A stretch of DNA of 64,000 bases from Syncephalis fuscata S228 (taxonomy: Eukaryota > Fungi > Zoopagomycota): NCBI GenBank assembly GCA_025786725.1, contig JAHLTZ010000011.1:372001-436000 (forward strand). Reading direction: 5' to 3'. Under the pieces are notes generated by a model. The model did not search any database and was not told the origin of the DNA. It saw only the letters and a program-made list of their open reading frames with translations. The position numbers were made by a program, and so were the translations under genes. This document shows, in pieces, positions 40,965 to 54,543 of the stretch (position 1 is the stretch's first letter; each line of letters begins with the position of its first letter).

Positions 40965-41150
40965 ACTTGAACAGGTGTTGATGTAAATAAAAGAAATAAA
41001 GACTAAGGATTGAATAGTGTTTTTTATTGATGTTTAAATACACATGTTATTTATATTGTTATATCCAACGTTATAATATAATATATTACTGAATAGAATA
41101 GATAGCAATAAAAAAAGATGATGAAAGGAGTAAATAAAAAATGTAAAAGT
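40965..41150. repeat. Diverged direct repeat, copy 1 (pairs with 48148-48330)
   Basis: Shared blocks tattgatg(t/c)ttaaatacacatg..atttatattgttatat...ataatatattactgaatagaa...taaataaaaaa. Confidence 0.8.
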
Positions 41151-42224
41151 TAAGGTAAAAATGGTTTGACCATGTAAATATTGCGCGCTCAATCCAATGT
41201 TTTGCTTTAATATATAGCTATACAGCTTTTATTAATGGTCAATAAATAAAATTAGTATGTTTTTCTATTATTACAATAATGTATAATATTAGCTGCTTAC
41301 TCTGATAAATAATTAGATTAAGCCTTATAATAGTTGGCTTGGTTGCTGGTCGTATAAATGTGAGTATATAAGAAGACAATGTGATTGTAAATATTTATTT
41401 ATACAAACAATCAGAGTTATAAATTATAGTGACAATAATAAGTTATTTGACTACTAAACTTGTTAATTCAATTCTATTTGCAACTTTCTGTTTCTGTGCG
41501 TTATCTCGGTTTAATGTTGCTGTTATTCTGGCCACATCAACAACAGTCAACTTCTTGATAAATGCAGTCCAGCTTAGCATAGCTATAATGATTTGCTATA
41601 GATTGAACCAGTAAGCATTTGAGCTGCTAATAGTTTTTCCATTGGTTTCTACTTTGGTTTGTTTTCTATATTCCATCTCGCTTAACTTGTCAGAATTGGT
41701 TTTAGAAATGTAAGCAGCACTTAGGCCTTGCATGATTACTCATTAATATGCAATCCACAGCGTTATGCACTCGAAATTGCTAATATTTGAGCAGAACTTT
41801 CTATTGTGTCTATAGTGTCTGCATATTGTATTGCGTGTAATTTAGCCATGCAATTTGGTTTACATTTGAAAAGTGATGACGAAAATGACTTGTTGGAATG
41901 TTCTATTGCTCAAAATGCTGTGATGCATCATGCTACAAAAAGTACTTATTGTATAGTTGATTTCAGGTAATTTGGATTACCGTCATTTGAATGATGGCAG
42001 TTGCACAATATGTGGCATAATATGCCTGGGTGGTATGATGCATTTGTGAATTCAAAGCAGTAATTACCCCATAACAATGGGCATAGTGTCGAATGAAATG
42101 CACGCATGTACCAATCAATATACTTTATAATCTAAAATTACGGCTGACCTATGTATAGCAATAAAAACCTGTATAAAATACCAGCTTGATATATTAAACT
42201 TGTTTTTGCATCAGTGCTGAGTGC

Positions 42225-42680
42225 TATTCTGTATGCAACAGATATTGAGGACCCAATCGGTAGAAATGGCAGCAAATACATCGTTATCGTTTTACAAAGC
42301 CAAACAATATACTTGTTTTTACCAAATAGTTAGACCGTGTAACAAAAATACAGGCGAATATGTCTATTTTTATCACATGTACTGGATTATGAACACTGCT
42401 ACAGTACCCGTGCAAATAACTAACAGACTGGAGTAAAGACCGGGCAAGTTATGTGTTATTTTGTATGCATACAGATATTGAGGACCGAATCGGTAGAAGT
42501 GACAGCAAAGGCATCATTATTGTTTTCACAAAGCCAAACAATATCTTGTTTTTACCAAATAGTTAGATTGTGTAGCAAAAACACAAAATGATGTACATGT
42601 TCCTATTGCATATGCACTGCTCATTGTAATTACCGTGTCATTTATGTAAATGCTGCGAAGATTGAAGTAAAGACCAGGCA
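42225..42680. repeat. Diverged ~235-bp tandem duplication upstream of the micro-exon gene
   Basis: acagatattgaggacc(c/g)aatcggtagaa...acaaagccaaacaatat...ttttaccaaatagttaga occurs at ~42238 and ~42471. Confidence 0.85.
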
Positions 42681-43068
42681 GGCTGAAATCAAAACCGAAC
42701 AGGTCAAACTCAAGACCGGACAAGTTGAAGACTGGAAAGCATACTATTACGCCATGCATCTATTGGTACATGTGCATCTCAAACCATTATTTGGATTAAT
42801 TTATTGGTTCATACTACACATCAATAGTGTACCTCATGAATTACAGCATACTATTATCTCATCATAGCCATAGGTTTAAATAGCCCACAAAATATACACA
42901 ACCAGCTGTAATATCATCATCCCACTCTACTTCTTATTAAACACACACTACTCTCCACTTTATATCAGCCACTCTCTACTTCTTGCTATACACACTCTAC
43001 TCTCTACTCTATACCAACCACACTCTACTATCTCTTTTATTTGTTTGTCTTAACAAATCAGTATTACC

Positions 43069-45847
43069 ATGAAGCTTTCTATTGCCGTCGTTTGCACTAT
43101 TGTCGTGGCTCTTATGGCCAGTACAGCCATAGTGGATGCTAAACCAACTTTAGTTCGTCGTGGTGGTATGTTGCAATATCACTAAATATGCCTTAGCGTT
43201 ATATTTACTAACAGTATTGCTAACTAATAATTATATTAGATCGTAAGTTATATTGTATATTAGCTAATCACTTACTAATTATATACCATGCACTGTGTTC
43301 GTCAAAAAATAAATATCAATAGCTGGTAGGTTGCATTACATATCAATAGAATATACACTAATTATGTGTCATTACTGTATCCATCAAAAACTTAATATTA
43401 GTGGACTGTAAGTTGTATTGTATATTAATTTATTACTCATTAATTGCATGTTATGCACATGTGTATCAACGACTTCATACTAACAGGCGGTAAGTAACAT
43501 TATATATTGCTGACTTATACACTAATTATATAACATTTATTATCTATATCAATAACTTAATATTAATAGCCAGTAAGTTGTATTGTATAATAATTAATAA
43601 CTTACTGATTATATATCATGCATCGTGTATATAAATAAATTAATATTAGTTAAATGTAGGTTATATTATAGACTTAACTGTACATTGGCTAATTATATTC
43701 ATATACTGTGCATATTAATAACTTAATACTAATAGGCAGTAAGTAGCATTGTATATTGACTGACTATGCACTAACTATGTGTTATGCACCATGTGTATTA
43801 ATAAATACTAATAGGTGGTAAATGATATTGTATATTAACTAACTATATATTAATTATACTACTCGCCGATTGTACTGCTTATTTAATATTAATAGAAAGT
43901 AAGTTGTAGTGTATATTAACTAACCATCCACTAACTATATACCATGTATTATGCGTATAATTAACTTAATAGTGTGTAAGCTGTCTTATATATTAATTAC
44001 TTATATATTAATTATAATATTTATTGATTGCATTGATTAATTAATATTAATAGGCAGTAAGTTGTATTGTATATTAGCTGGCCTTACATTAACTGCGCTA
44101 TTTACTAATTATATCAATTATTTAATATTAATAGAGGGTAAGTAGTATTGTATATCAATGAACTGTACACTAATCACATGTTGTTTATTGATTGTACCAA
44201 TTTTTTAATATTAATAGACAGTAAGTTGTATTGTATATTAGCTGACCTTACATTAACTATGCTATTTACTGATTATATCAATTATTTAATATTGATAGAT
44301 CGTAAGTGATATTGCATATTAACTAACTGTACATTAATCATGCTATTTGTTGATTGTACCAATTATTTAATACTAATAGCGGGTAAGTTGTGTTACATAT
44401 TAACTGAATGTACATTAACTATACTATTTACTAATTGTATTAACTATTTTATATTAATAGATGGTAAGTGGTATTGTATATTACTTAAATATATATTAAC
44501 TATCATTTACTGATTGTATTGATTATTTAATATTAATAGACAGCAAGTAGTATTGTATATTAATTGACTACTCACTAACCACGTGCTATTTAATGATTGT
44601 ACCGGTTATTTAATATTAATAGATCGTAAGTGGTATTGTATATTAATTGATTATACATTAACTATGATATTTACTGATTGTGCTAATTATTTAATATTAA
44701 TAGAATGTAAGTGGTATTGTATATTAATTGAATATATATTAACTACAATTCACCGATTGTATTGATTATTTAATATTAATAGTCAGTAAGTGACATTATA
44801 TATTAATTAGCTCCTCACTAACCACGTGCTATTTACTGGTTACACCAACTATTTAATATTAATAGATCGTAAGTGGTATTGTATATTAATTAAACGTACA
44901 TTAACTATAACATTTACTGCTTGTGCCAATTATTTAATATTAATAGTTTGTAGTGAGATTATATATTGACTGACTATACATTAACTGTTATTTACTGATT
45001 GTATCAATTATTTAATATTAATAGGCAAGTAAGTTGTATTATATGTTAATTGACTATAAATCAACTGCTATTTACTAATTGTAATAATTATTTAATATTA
45101 ATAGACAGTAAGTTGTATTATGTATTGACTGACTATCCACTGACTATATATTATATACTGTATGAATCAACAACATTAATGACATAGAATGTAAGTAGCA
45201 TTGTATATTAACAAACTATATTAATTATGTGCTATTCACTGTGTGTATTACCAAATTAATCTTGATAGGCAGTAAGTTGTATTGTATACTGACTGACTAT
45301 ACATTAACTGTATATCATGTATTGTGTTCATCAATAACTTGATATTAATAGTCAGTAAGTTATATTGTATATTAACTAGCTATTTACTAATCACATGATA
45401 TTTACTGTATCTATCAACAACTTAATATTAATAGATTGTAAGTTGTATTCATGTCAATAGAACATGAGCTAATTATATACTATGTGCTGTATTCGCTAAC
45501 AACTTAATATCAATAGATTGTAAGTGGTACTGTATATTAATTAATTACTCACTAACTACATGTTATACACTATATATATATCAACAACTTAACATTAATA
45601 GGCAGTAAGTAGCGTTGTATATCAATTGATTACTCACTAATTACATGTTATTTATTAATGGTATTGATTATTTAATATCAATAGAGAGTAAGTGACATTA
45701 TATACTAATTGATTACTTATTAATCACATGTTATTTATTAATTTTACTAATTATTTACTATTAATAGGTCGTAAGTAATATTGTATATCTCTGACTATCC
45801 ATTAATTATATGGCATAACATTTTTATTTACAAACACAGAGCCATAA
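43069..45847 (+). CDS. Micro-exon gene: 34 exons (97-nt leader exon, 32 micro-exons, terminal exon) encoding a 68-aa secreted Cys-rich peptide precursor
   Basis: Exon 1 (43069-43165) encodes MKLSIAVVCTIVVALMASTAIVDAKPTLVRRG plus one G. It is followed by 32 short segments, each bounded by YAG and GTAAGT-like sites. Their concatenation is stop-free and gives DPVDCAIKCSEMCKDNPDDNQFNLCNKCINYCKSQP* if exon 45025-28 is read as GCA. Confidence 0.85.
43166..45839 (+). repeat. Tandem array of 33 homologous introns (69-82 nt; unit ~81 bp including exon)
   Basis: Consensus gtaagt(t/g/a)gtattgtatattaa.tgactatacattaactat..tatttactgattgta..aattatttaatattaatag. Confidence 0.95.
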
Positions 45848-46599
45848 TTACTTTCAAGACATCAGCATTGGTAGTGCAATCAAACCACTATTCCAATACA
45901 CTTTAGGTATATATTCAGTGAAAAGCAAGACCATTTGACAATTACGCCGTCCAGTCTATTCATATATCAAGTTTTGGCCAATGCTCCGGTTTATCCAGTC
46001 TTTAATCAATGGAATCACTATTTTATCAACAAGCTTGCAATCAGTTGTTTCTATTCAACTGTGCAAGCTTATAGTAATAAACTTATGGTTTCATCTTAGC
46101 TATATACAATCACATTGCTATATCTATAATCATGTTTATTTATCCAATAATGGCAATTATTGATCAAATAGTTAAATTAACAAAAGGCATGTATAATTGT
46201 ATCGTTTAAGCTAATAGGCATATATTGGTATGAATAGTAGTAAAGCTATTGTTATTATATAGCCAAATAATATTATGCTGAAATTAGAATAAATACGCTT
46301 TTTAATAAAACATGGCAATAAAGCATAAAATATTATAAAAAATAAATAGACAAATTATATATATGAATAATGATGACGAAACTATACTGTATGCAATTAA
46401 CCAAGCGTAATGAACAAAATAAATCAAAATCTACTAAAATAATACAGTTAGCAATAAACTTTAGCTTTTGTTAATATAGTTTCTACAATCTACAATATTA
46501 ATGATATAGACAAATATATAGTATGTGTATACAAGACAGATATGTACAGTACAACAATAATGATAAATAAATAGCTTAATAACCAATGACACCCAGCAG

Positions 46600-48147
46600 C
46601 CAGTTTCATCTTCAATAACACGGATATTTCGTTTAAATGTGTGGCTATTATAGTTATTTAACTGCCAAGTCACACTAAACAACCAATAGCATGCTCAATA
46701 TTGTGGAAAAAGTGATTTTTATTTAGTTAATAAAAATATCATAAGATTTGATACAAATCAAGTGGTTTAAATGATCTGTCATAACACCCTTTTAAGCTTC
46801 TTTCGCCATGTTCCACGGCTTTTCTAAATTATGACATCGGAGCGACTACTGCGATGTTTAAAATGAATGTTACGAGTAGATTGTTCTAGTTTGCCAATGA
46901 TAAATGCCATGTTGACGGCATTATTTTGCATATCTTCACTCTTGTTTGATACATCAGCTAATTAATTCAAGTTAATTAAAGCAATACTACTTTCGTGTAA
47001 TTCAGAATTGTTTAATTGCTAAATATGATATCTGAAACACTCTAAATAAACTATTCTAATTTTATTTGTGGTTAAATTTAAATTTGAAAATATTTACTAA
47101 TTAAATCATTTTTGTTTGCATTACACTTTATTTATTTTAATAGTTGCTTCATTATTAGTTTGTATTTATTTAATAAAGACGTTTATTTCAGTATTAACTA
47201 CTAGTTCAATATCCTTAATATTAATCCTTGCAGAGCGTGTTCTTGTATTGCGTTCTTTAGTTGCATTTGTCACAAGTATATCGTTAAAAGTTTTTTAGCA
47301 AATAAAACACGATTGGCATTGCTGTTAATATTGCTATAATCAACTAATTACATGAATAAGATTTTAAATTAAAATTGTTGCAACTATTGTAATCAACTTT
47401 TTCCCATCAGAAATTTTTAGCTTTGTAACTTTTATTATTTAGTAATATTGTAAATACACAATACTGTTATTCAAATAATAATAAAAATGACTTTTATAAT
47501 CCAATTCATTTTAGTTGCTATCAGAATCTATACAGTTACGACTTTTGTTATAAATATGCTAATTTGAGCTATTGTTATAGGTTAAATCATTTAATACTGA
47601 TGTTATTCTTTATTAATTGATATTAAAACATTTGGCTAAGCTACTATTCCTATTTCTTTTCCTCCTTTGGTTGCCTGGTCAATGATACATCATTTTATTA
47701 CTAATATTGTAACAATGTCTTTTTTATCAAATCTAAAACAGATCAAGTTTTGTGATAAGAAATAATAACATCTGCTGAGCTGTTATAATTGTTGGTGTGT
47801 ATTGAATAATTAAACATGTACTTAATACTTTTACTTGTACATCTTTTGTTTTATATTTAAGAATGTAGTAATATCATATGTAATAGATTTAGTAATAGAT
47901 TTAATAGTATTATTACCACAATCATATGCACAATCATTAATATGGTTAAAATTGTATTGACAATCTTTACTAGTCTTTTGTTTTCTGGCAGCCAAAACAA
48001 ACTGGCGCTTGCTGAAACGGTCTTTATGAGAACAGATAAACTGTAATCTTGTTGAATCAATATTTTTCTCTTAAACTTGCAATTGCCAACAAGTCTAAAC
48101 TCATCAGCGGCAATCTTCAGTTTTTCAATACTAATAAACATAGCTTT
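46600..48147 (-). pseudogene. Heavily decayed transposase-like relic (possible Mutator/FAR1-type N-terminus)
   Basis: From 48141 reads MFISIEKLKIAADEF...STRLQFICSHKDRFSKRQ...RKQKTSKDC across frameshifts, loosely FAR1-like. The rest is AT-rich and full of stops. Confidence 0.3.
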
Positions 48148-48330
48148 TCAAACAGTTTGGTAGACAATGAGAGAAATAAAAACTAGAGATTAAATAATGT
48201 TCTGTATTGATGCTTAAATACACATGCCATTTATATTGTTATATTTGACATTATCAAATAATATATTACTGAATAGAACGATAAAATAGTGATAAAAAAG
48301 AAGAGTGAAATAAATAAAAAAAAATGTGAG
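48148..48330. repeat. Diverged direct repeat, copy 2 (pairs with 40965-41150)
   Basis: Aligns by eye with copy 1. Confidence 0.8.
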
Positions 48331-48780
48331 AGCCAACGTATAACTTTTATATATTAATTTATTAGTAGGCTTATTTGCTCCAGTGTCAAAAGACCAGAAT
48401 TGACATCCTTTACTTGATTGAACTACACATTTATTGTTCTACTAAACATGGAACTGGATGGTGAGTGACATTAAATATTAAATTATAATGCTTTGAATAC
48501 TGCACAACAACAATAATATGAATCAACATTTACCTATTTATTATATTTTATTGTAAGTAACATGGAATACTATAATATTTATTACTGCTAATATCAAATA
48601 TTGAAAATAGTGCCAATTAATTAAGACACTGATTAATTTAATTGGAGATGTAGCACTGCTCCAACAAATAGCATTTTTTAGTAGTAAAAACTGATCGACG
48701 GTTTATTTGAGTTATGGATCTTTTTGTCTAGTTTAAGAATAGGGACTCAAAGTACAATAGTTCCATAATATTAAATGAAC

Positions 48781-50210
<1,430 letters not shown>

Positions 50211-50893
50211 GATAGACAGTTGTAAAGTGGAAACACAACAAGAATCGGCAATACCACTACTAGTAATAAAGACAGCTACGTTTGACACAAAGCGACACAG
50301 CAAAGCCTGGCAAACGATGAGAGAGAGCGTAAAAGATGGTGGTGTGTTGCTGGCACAATTAATTTTTGCTTTTTTTTGCTTTTTCCAAAAAGAATTGAAT
50401 CAGTTTACTTTTCTTGATCAACTGAATCTGGGTTGTTAGTTACTAATGGTAATCACACAGTAACAGAAATAGCAACAGCAATAGCAACAACACCAGCCAT
50501 AATAGTGGTATGTATCCTAGTAACCATTGTTCCAAATTAGTTACATTTCACGTTAATGCAACAAGTAATGGTTTATATGGTATGTTAATGCGTTTAACGG
50601 CATCATTATGGACATTAGAAGAAGAGCGGGTAAAACCGGTCAATAATGCAATTCCGAATCAATACAGCTATGCATGATGTTAGTCACAAATGACGTTACC
50701 ATTGCTATTAGCATGAAAGTCTAAAGCTACAAATAGCCAAGCTAATTGCCGCGATTAATTTAAAACAAATTAATTAGCAACAAACTATTACTTCTACGCA
50801 CGCTTAAATTGAATTATCTAAAGCACACACTTCTCTCGCTTACGATCTTCGCTATTCTTCTTTATCTTTTTTTACTTTGAACATTTATTAAAC

Positions 50894-51881
50894 ATGATGG
50901 AAGCACCGCTTGAAGAACGCCGTGTGGTCTTGATAGCCTTTGATAACTCGGACAATGCCAAAGAGGCATTTGAATGGTAATTAACACATTATAAAATAGT
51001 TTTAACTGAACCTGCTTTACTCATTCACCAATCGCCTTTCTATCTATAATAAACTAGGATGGAGAAATACATTTTACGTCCAGGCAAGGACCATGTTGTC
51101 TTTTTATCGGTTGTACAAGACGATGGTGCTGGATTTCTAGACTCTTTTCTATTGAAATCTGTAACGCTTGGTGGGATCGATAGTGCGCTGGGTGCTGTTG
51201 GAGGTGGGGCGTTTGTGCTATTAGCTTGTACATCATCATTAGTATTTTGTTCATAGCTTTATATAAAATCAATCATAAAGTGTATTTAATACACTAAAAC
51301 AACTACTAACACATGTATATTTTTATTTTCAGAGTCCTATGGTGAACAAGAGCAAAAAGACTTTCTTAAAACTGTAAGTCACACTCTTCTCCTTAGTCCT
51401 TGATCTATATTAATAGTATAATATTATTGTAACACATCGTCGTCTCCGTTTTAATATTAAACATCGTTTAGGCAAGTGAGCGAGCTGAGGAGATCCTTCG
51501 TGAAATGTCCCATGCTTTAACCAAGAATAGCGTAAGTATCAACTACACAAGTGCTTATCTCTATTCAGTCTGACAAGTTTTTTCCTCGCCTATGCATAGA
51601 TCACCGTTCAACGAGTCGTTATTCGCAATACAGACCCCAAAACCACCATTTGCGATACCGCTAAAGATACTCGTGCCTCTCTAATCGTCATTGGCTCTCG
51701 TGGTTTGTCGGCAATGAAGCGGTAAGAGCGGCCCTGGTTATCTTTAAATGCAATATGCAGGCTAACACCAGCTCATCTAATACCACCATCACTACATAGA
51801 GTGTTAATAGGCAGCGTTAGCGATTACGTTGTCAAACATGCCGAGTGTCCAGTGCTGGTCGTCAAGTCTGGTAGCCACTAA
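50894..51881 (+). CDS. Universal stress protein (UspA domain), multi-exon
   Basis: RRVVLIAFDNSDNAKEAFEW, DPKTTICD, LIVIGSRGLSAMKR|VLIGSVSDYVVKHAECPVLVVK. Confidence 0.93.
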
Positions 51882-52882
51882 GGTCATCTATCCAGTGAAC
51901 TTGCCTTTTATCTTCTGCTTAGTGTCCCTTCTTGCGTATATGTGTATATGTATGTGCAAATTGACAGTCTGTAAACTATCAATTTGTTTTTGATCAAATA
52001 CAATGTTACCAATATTAGCAACACCATTTCTGACCTTTGAAACTGTTTATCTCTTGGCATCGATTCAATGGACTATTTTTATTTTTCTTAAGATGCGATT
52101 CATTCAATGTGGCCTGTTTTCTTTAAAAGGCAACTATATGTACATGTGCCCTTTTTCCATACACACACAAACACACGCCATTTTTTTCTCCTCAGCATTC
52201 ACATTGTTTTAAGCCCAGCTTATACAGCTTATTAGTTTAGCATTACTATTGACCCTTTTTACTCCTATTCGCCTCAAGTCCTATTGCAACATTTTTCATA
52301 GTACTTGCTGTTTGATCTTTAAATAGTTGCTTATTTAGTATACATAGTAGACATTGTGGCAATAACCCACTCTATTGCACGAGTAATCGGTCTTTTCTAC
52401 ATAACGTTATTTACTTCACAGCCACTTTAGGTAAAAAGTATTTGATAGTATCTAGTTTTCTCCTTGCATACTGCTTGTCATTCATTTTATCAACCTTTAT
52501 CTTTTACTACTAGCCAGTGGTAAATATAGGTCAGCTTTCTATTTATTCCAGAACAACGATACCTGAACCAGTAATTGTCAGCTTGAAAGTCAGCTAACAG
52601 TTTTCCCGCTTCTTCTTACCTGTCGCACTGCCAAATCTCATTCTTCTCTTCACCTAACATCCTGCGACTAAACCACCACCTTTGCTGCTACAGTCTAAAC
52701 AATTCATTTAACTTTAGTCGTATACTTGCTTAACCTCAGTACAGCATCTCTGAACGCTTTGTGTACATTGAATAGCTGCTATTTAATAATAACAACTCGT
52801 CAATCAATCGAGAGCTCAGCATTTTCTTTATTACTTTATTAGTGTGACTACAATTTTTTTATTATTGTCAAAGCAAGCGACC

Positions 52883-54543
52883 ATGTCTTCCGGTCAGGGT
52901 GGATATCATAGCCACCACGCACAAGCAGCGCAGCTATTTAACGCACCAGCTGATGGCCGTACCGCGGCACGCTACAATAACGGCAACGATAGCGACGATG
53001 CCAACAGCGATTTGGCCTATGGAGCACGCGGTGGAACTCCTCGTGGTGAAAAAAGTACTCCAGGCTCAAGGGGTGCTGGCAATACAGATGGCCATCGTAA
53101 GTGTAATGGTGGCGTTAATTAAATAACAATAATAACAATACTAATAACTGTTTAAAAGAATGGCAAGGTTATCCACGAAATAATCATTTAGATGTAGCTG
53201 GCAATATGGCATCAGCAACACCCAGTTCTATTCTAGATGCAAATCGGACACCAATGGCATCATATGCTGTAGGCCCTACTCATTTGGGAAGTAGTTACAC
53301 GCCACCCAACAATTATGGCAACCTTGGTAATAATTCAAGTGCTGGAGATTCACGTTCTCCATTGCCACCACCACATCAGCCATATGTAAATCAAGGCAAT
53401 AACGGTAGCAATGGCAGTATTATAGCGCCTGATGCCTATCCATTATATAGTGAAACTATACCGTATGACACTCATCCAACGGGTAATAGTGCATACAATG
53501 ATGCCTATCAGCCACCTTCTAACCAGCACTATGGTTCTTCTGCGCCCTATGCATCGTCCACATCTCATGGCGGAGGCCGTGACGAACGCTATCCTAATCC
53601 TAAATTGAATCAGCCACCATCTCACCACGATGCATACAATGGAGCAGGCAGTGCCTATTATGCATCACAGCCACAGTACGGACCTATGGGCGGCAATGAT
53701 AGCTATCCCATGAACACGATGTCTAATACAAATAACTATCACCATGCGCCACAAGGATCTGGCTACCAAGCATCTACGTCACCTTATAACAATCAGCCAG
53801 AGGAGACGGATAAGCCAGCAGATATATGGGACTTCCCTGATGGTGCTCGTCCATCGCGTACTTCGGTTACTAACACTCAGCCATTGCCACCTGTAAATCA
53901 AGCATATGCTGCTCGCCCACCAGTCGTAGGACCTACTCCGATAGGACCGATGCAGGATCCAACAGGTCCAGCCTATGGTAAATTCAAGCTAGAGCGTCGT
54001 TGCTGTGGCTGTCGACAAAGATATTGCATTATCGCGACATTTTTCACACTAATAGCTATAGCACTTGTTCTGTTTTTTGCCTGGCCTCGTCTACCCGACA
54101 CTTCAATCAGCAGCATTGAAACGACCAAGGCAATGGTGATCAATATGCCTGACAAAACACCTGTGGATAAAGTGAGCGGCATGCAAGGTAGCTGGAATGT
54201 CATCCTAAGTATTGACAACGGCAACTTTATCCCTTGGCCCTTCAAGACAGTCAATGTCGAAGTCACGGATCCACATTTACTTAGTAACTCTAAGATTGGT
54301 GGCGGTAACAAGACTAATGTAAAACTTAGTCGTGGGTTTTCAGCATTGAAGATACCAGTTGATATCAAATACAATGCTGGCAATGCGTCCGATGCTGCCC
54401 TTCTAGGTATGCAGAATGCCTGCGATAGCGGACAGGCTATATCTCTTAATTTTAATGTAGAGTTCCAAATATCGGTACTGACATTTTTCAAACGAACGAC
54501 TACAGTTGGCGCAAATTACAATTGCCAAACTCCAAAGTCTTAA
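52883..54543 (+). CDS. LEA_2-like single-pass membrane protein with long Pro/Tyr/Gly-rich cytoplasmic N-terminus
   Basis: RRCCGC, a TM helix ending FAWPRLP, and ectodomain IDNGNF...NACD. One intron starts at 53097. Confidence 0.8.

Noticed and set aside
41430-42120. Coding-like but stop-ridden segment
   Set aside because: Probably a decayed gene or TE, but I could not recognise any motif on either strand.
44583-44765. 60-aa ORF with a repeated WYCILI motif
   Set aside because: Chance read-through of intron repeats; no independent coding signal.
43166-45839. CRISPR array or plain minisatellite interpretation of the ~81-bp repeat
   Set aside because: The context is eukaryotic, there are no cas genes, and the variable part is only 3-6 nt. 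Every unit keeps donor and acceptor signals, and the variable parts join into a coherent ORF.
45025-45906. Literal reading with a 4-nt exon GCAA (…LCKQMHQLLQESAIITFKTSALVVQSNHYSNTL*)
   Set aside because: It loses the last two T|GC cysteines and the immediate stop. A 1-nt homopolymer error is more parsimonious given the indel rate, but this needs confirmation from reads.
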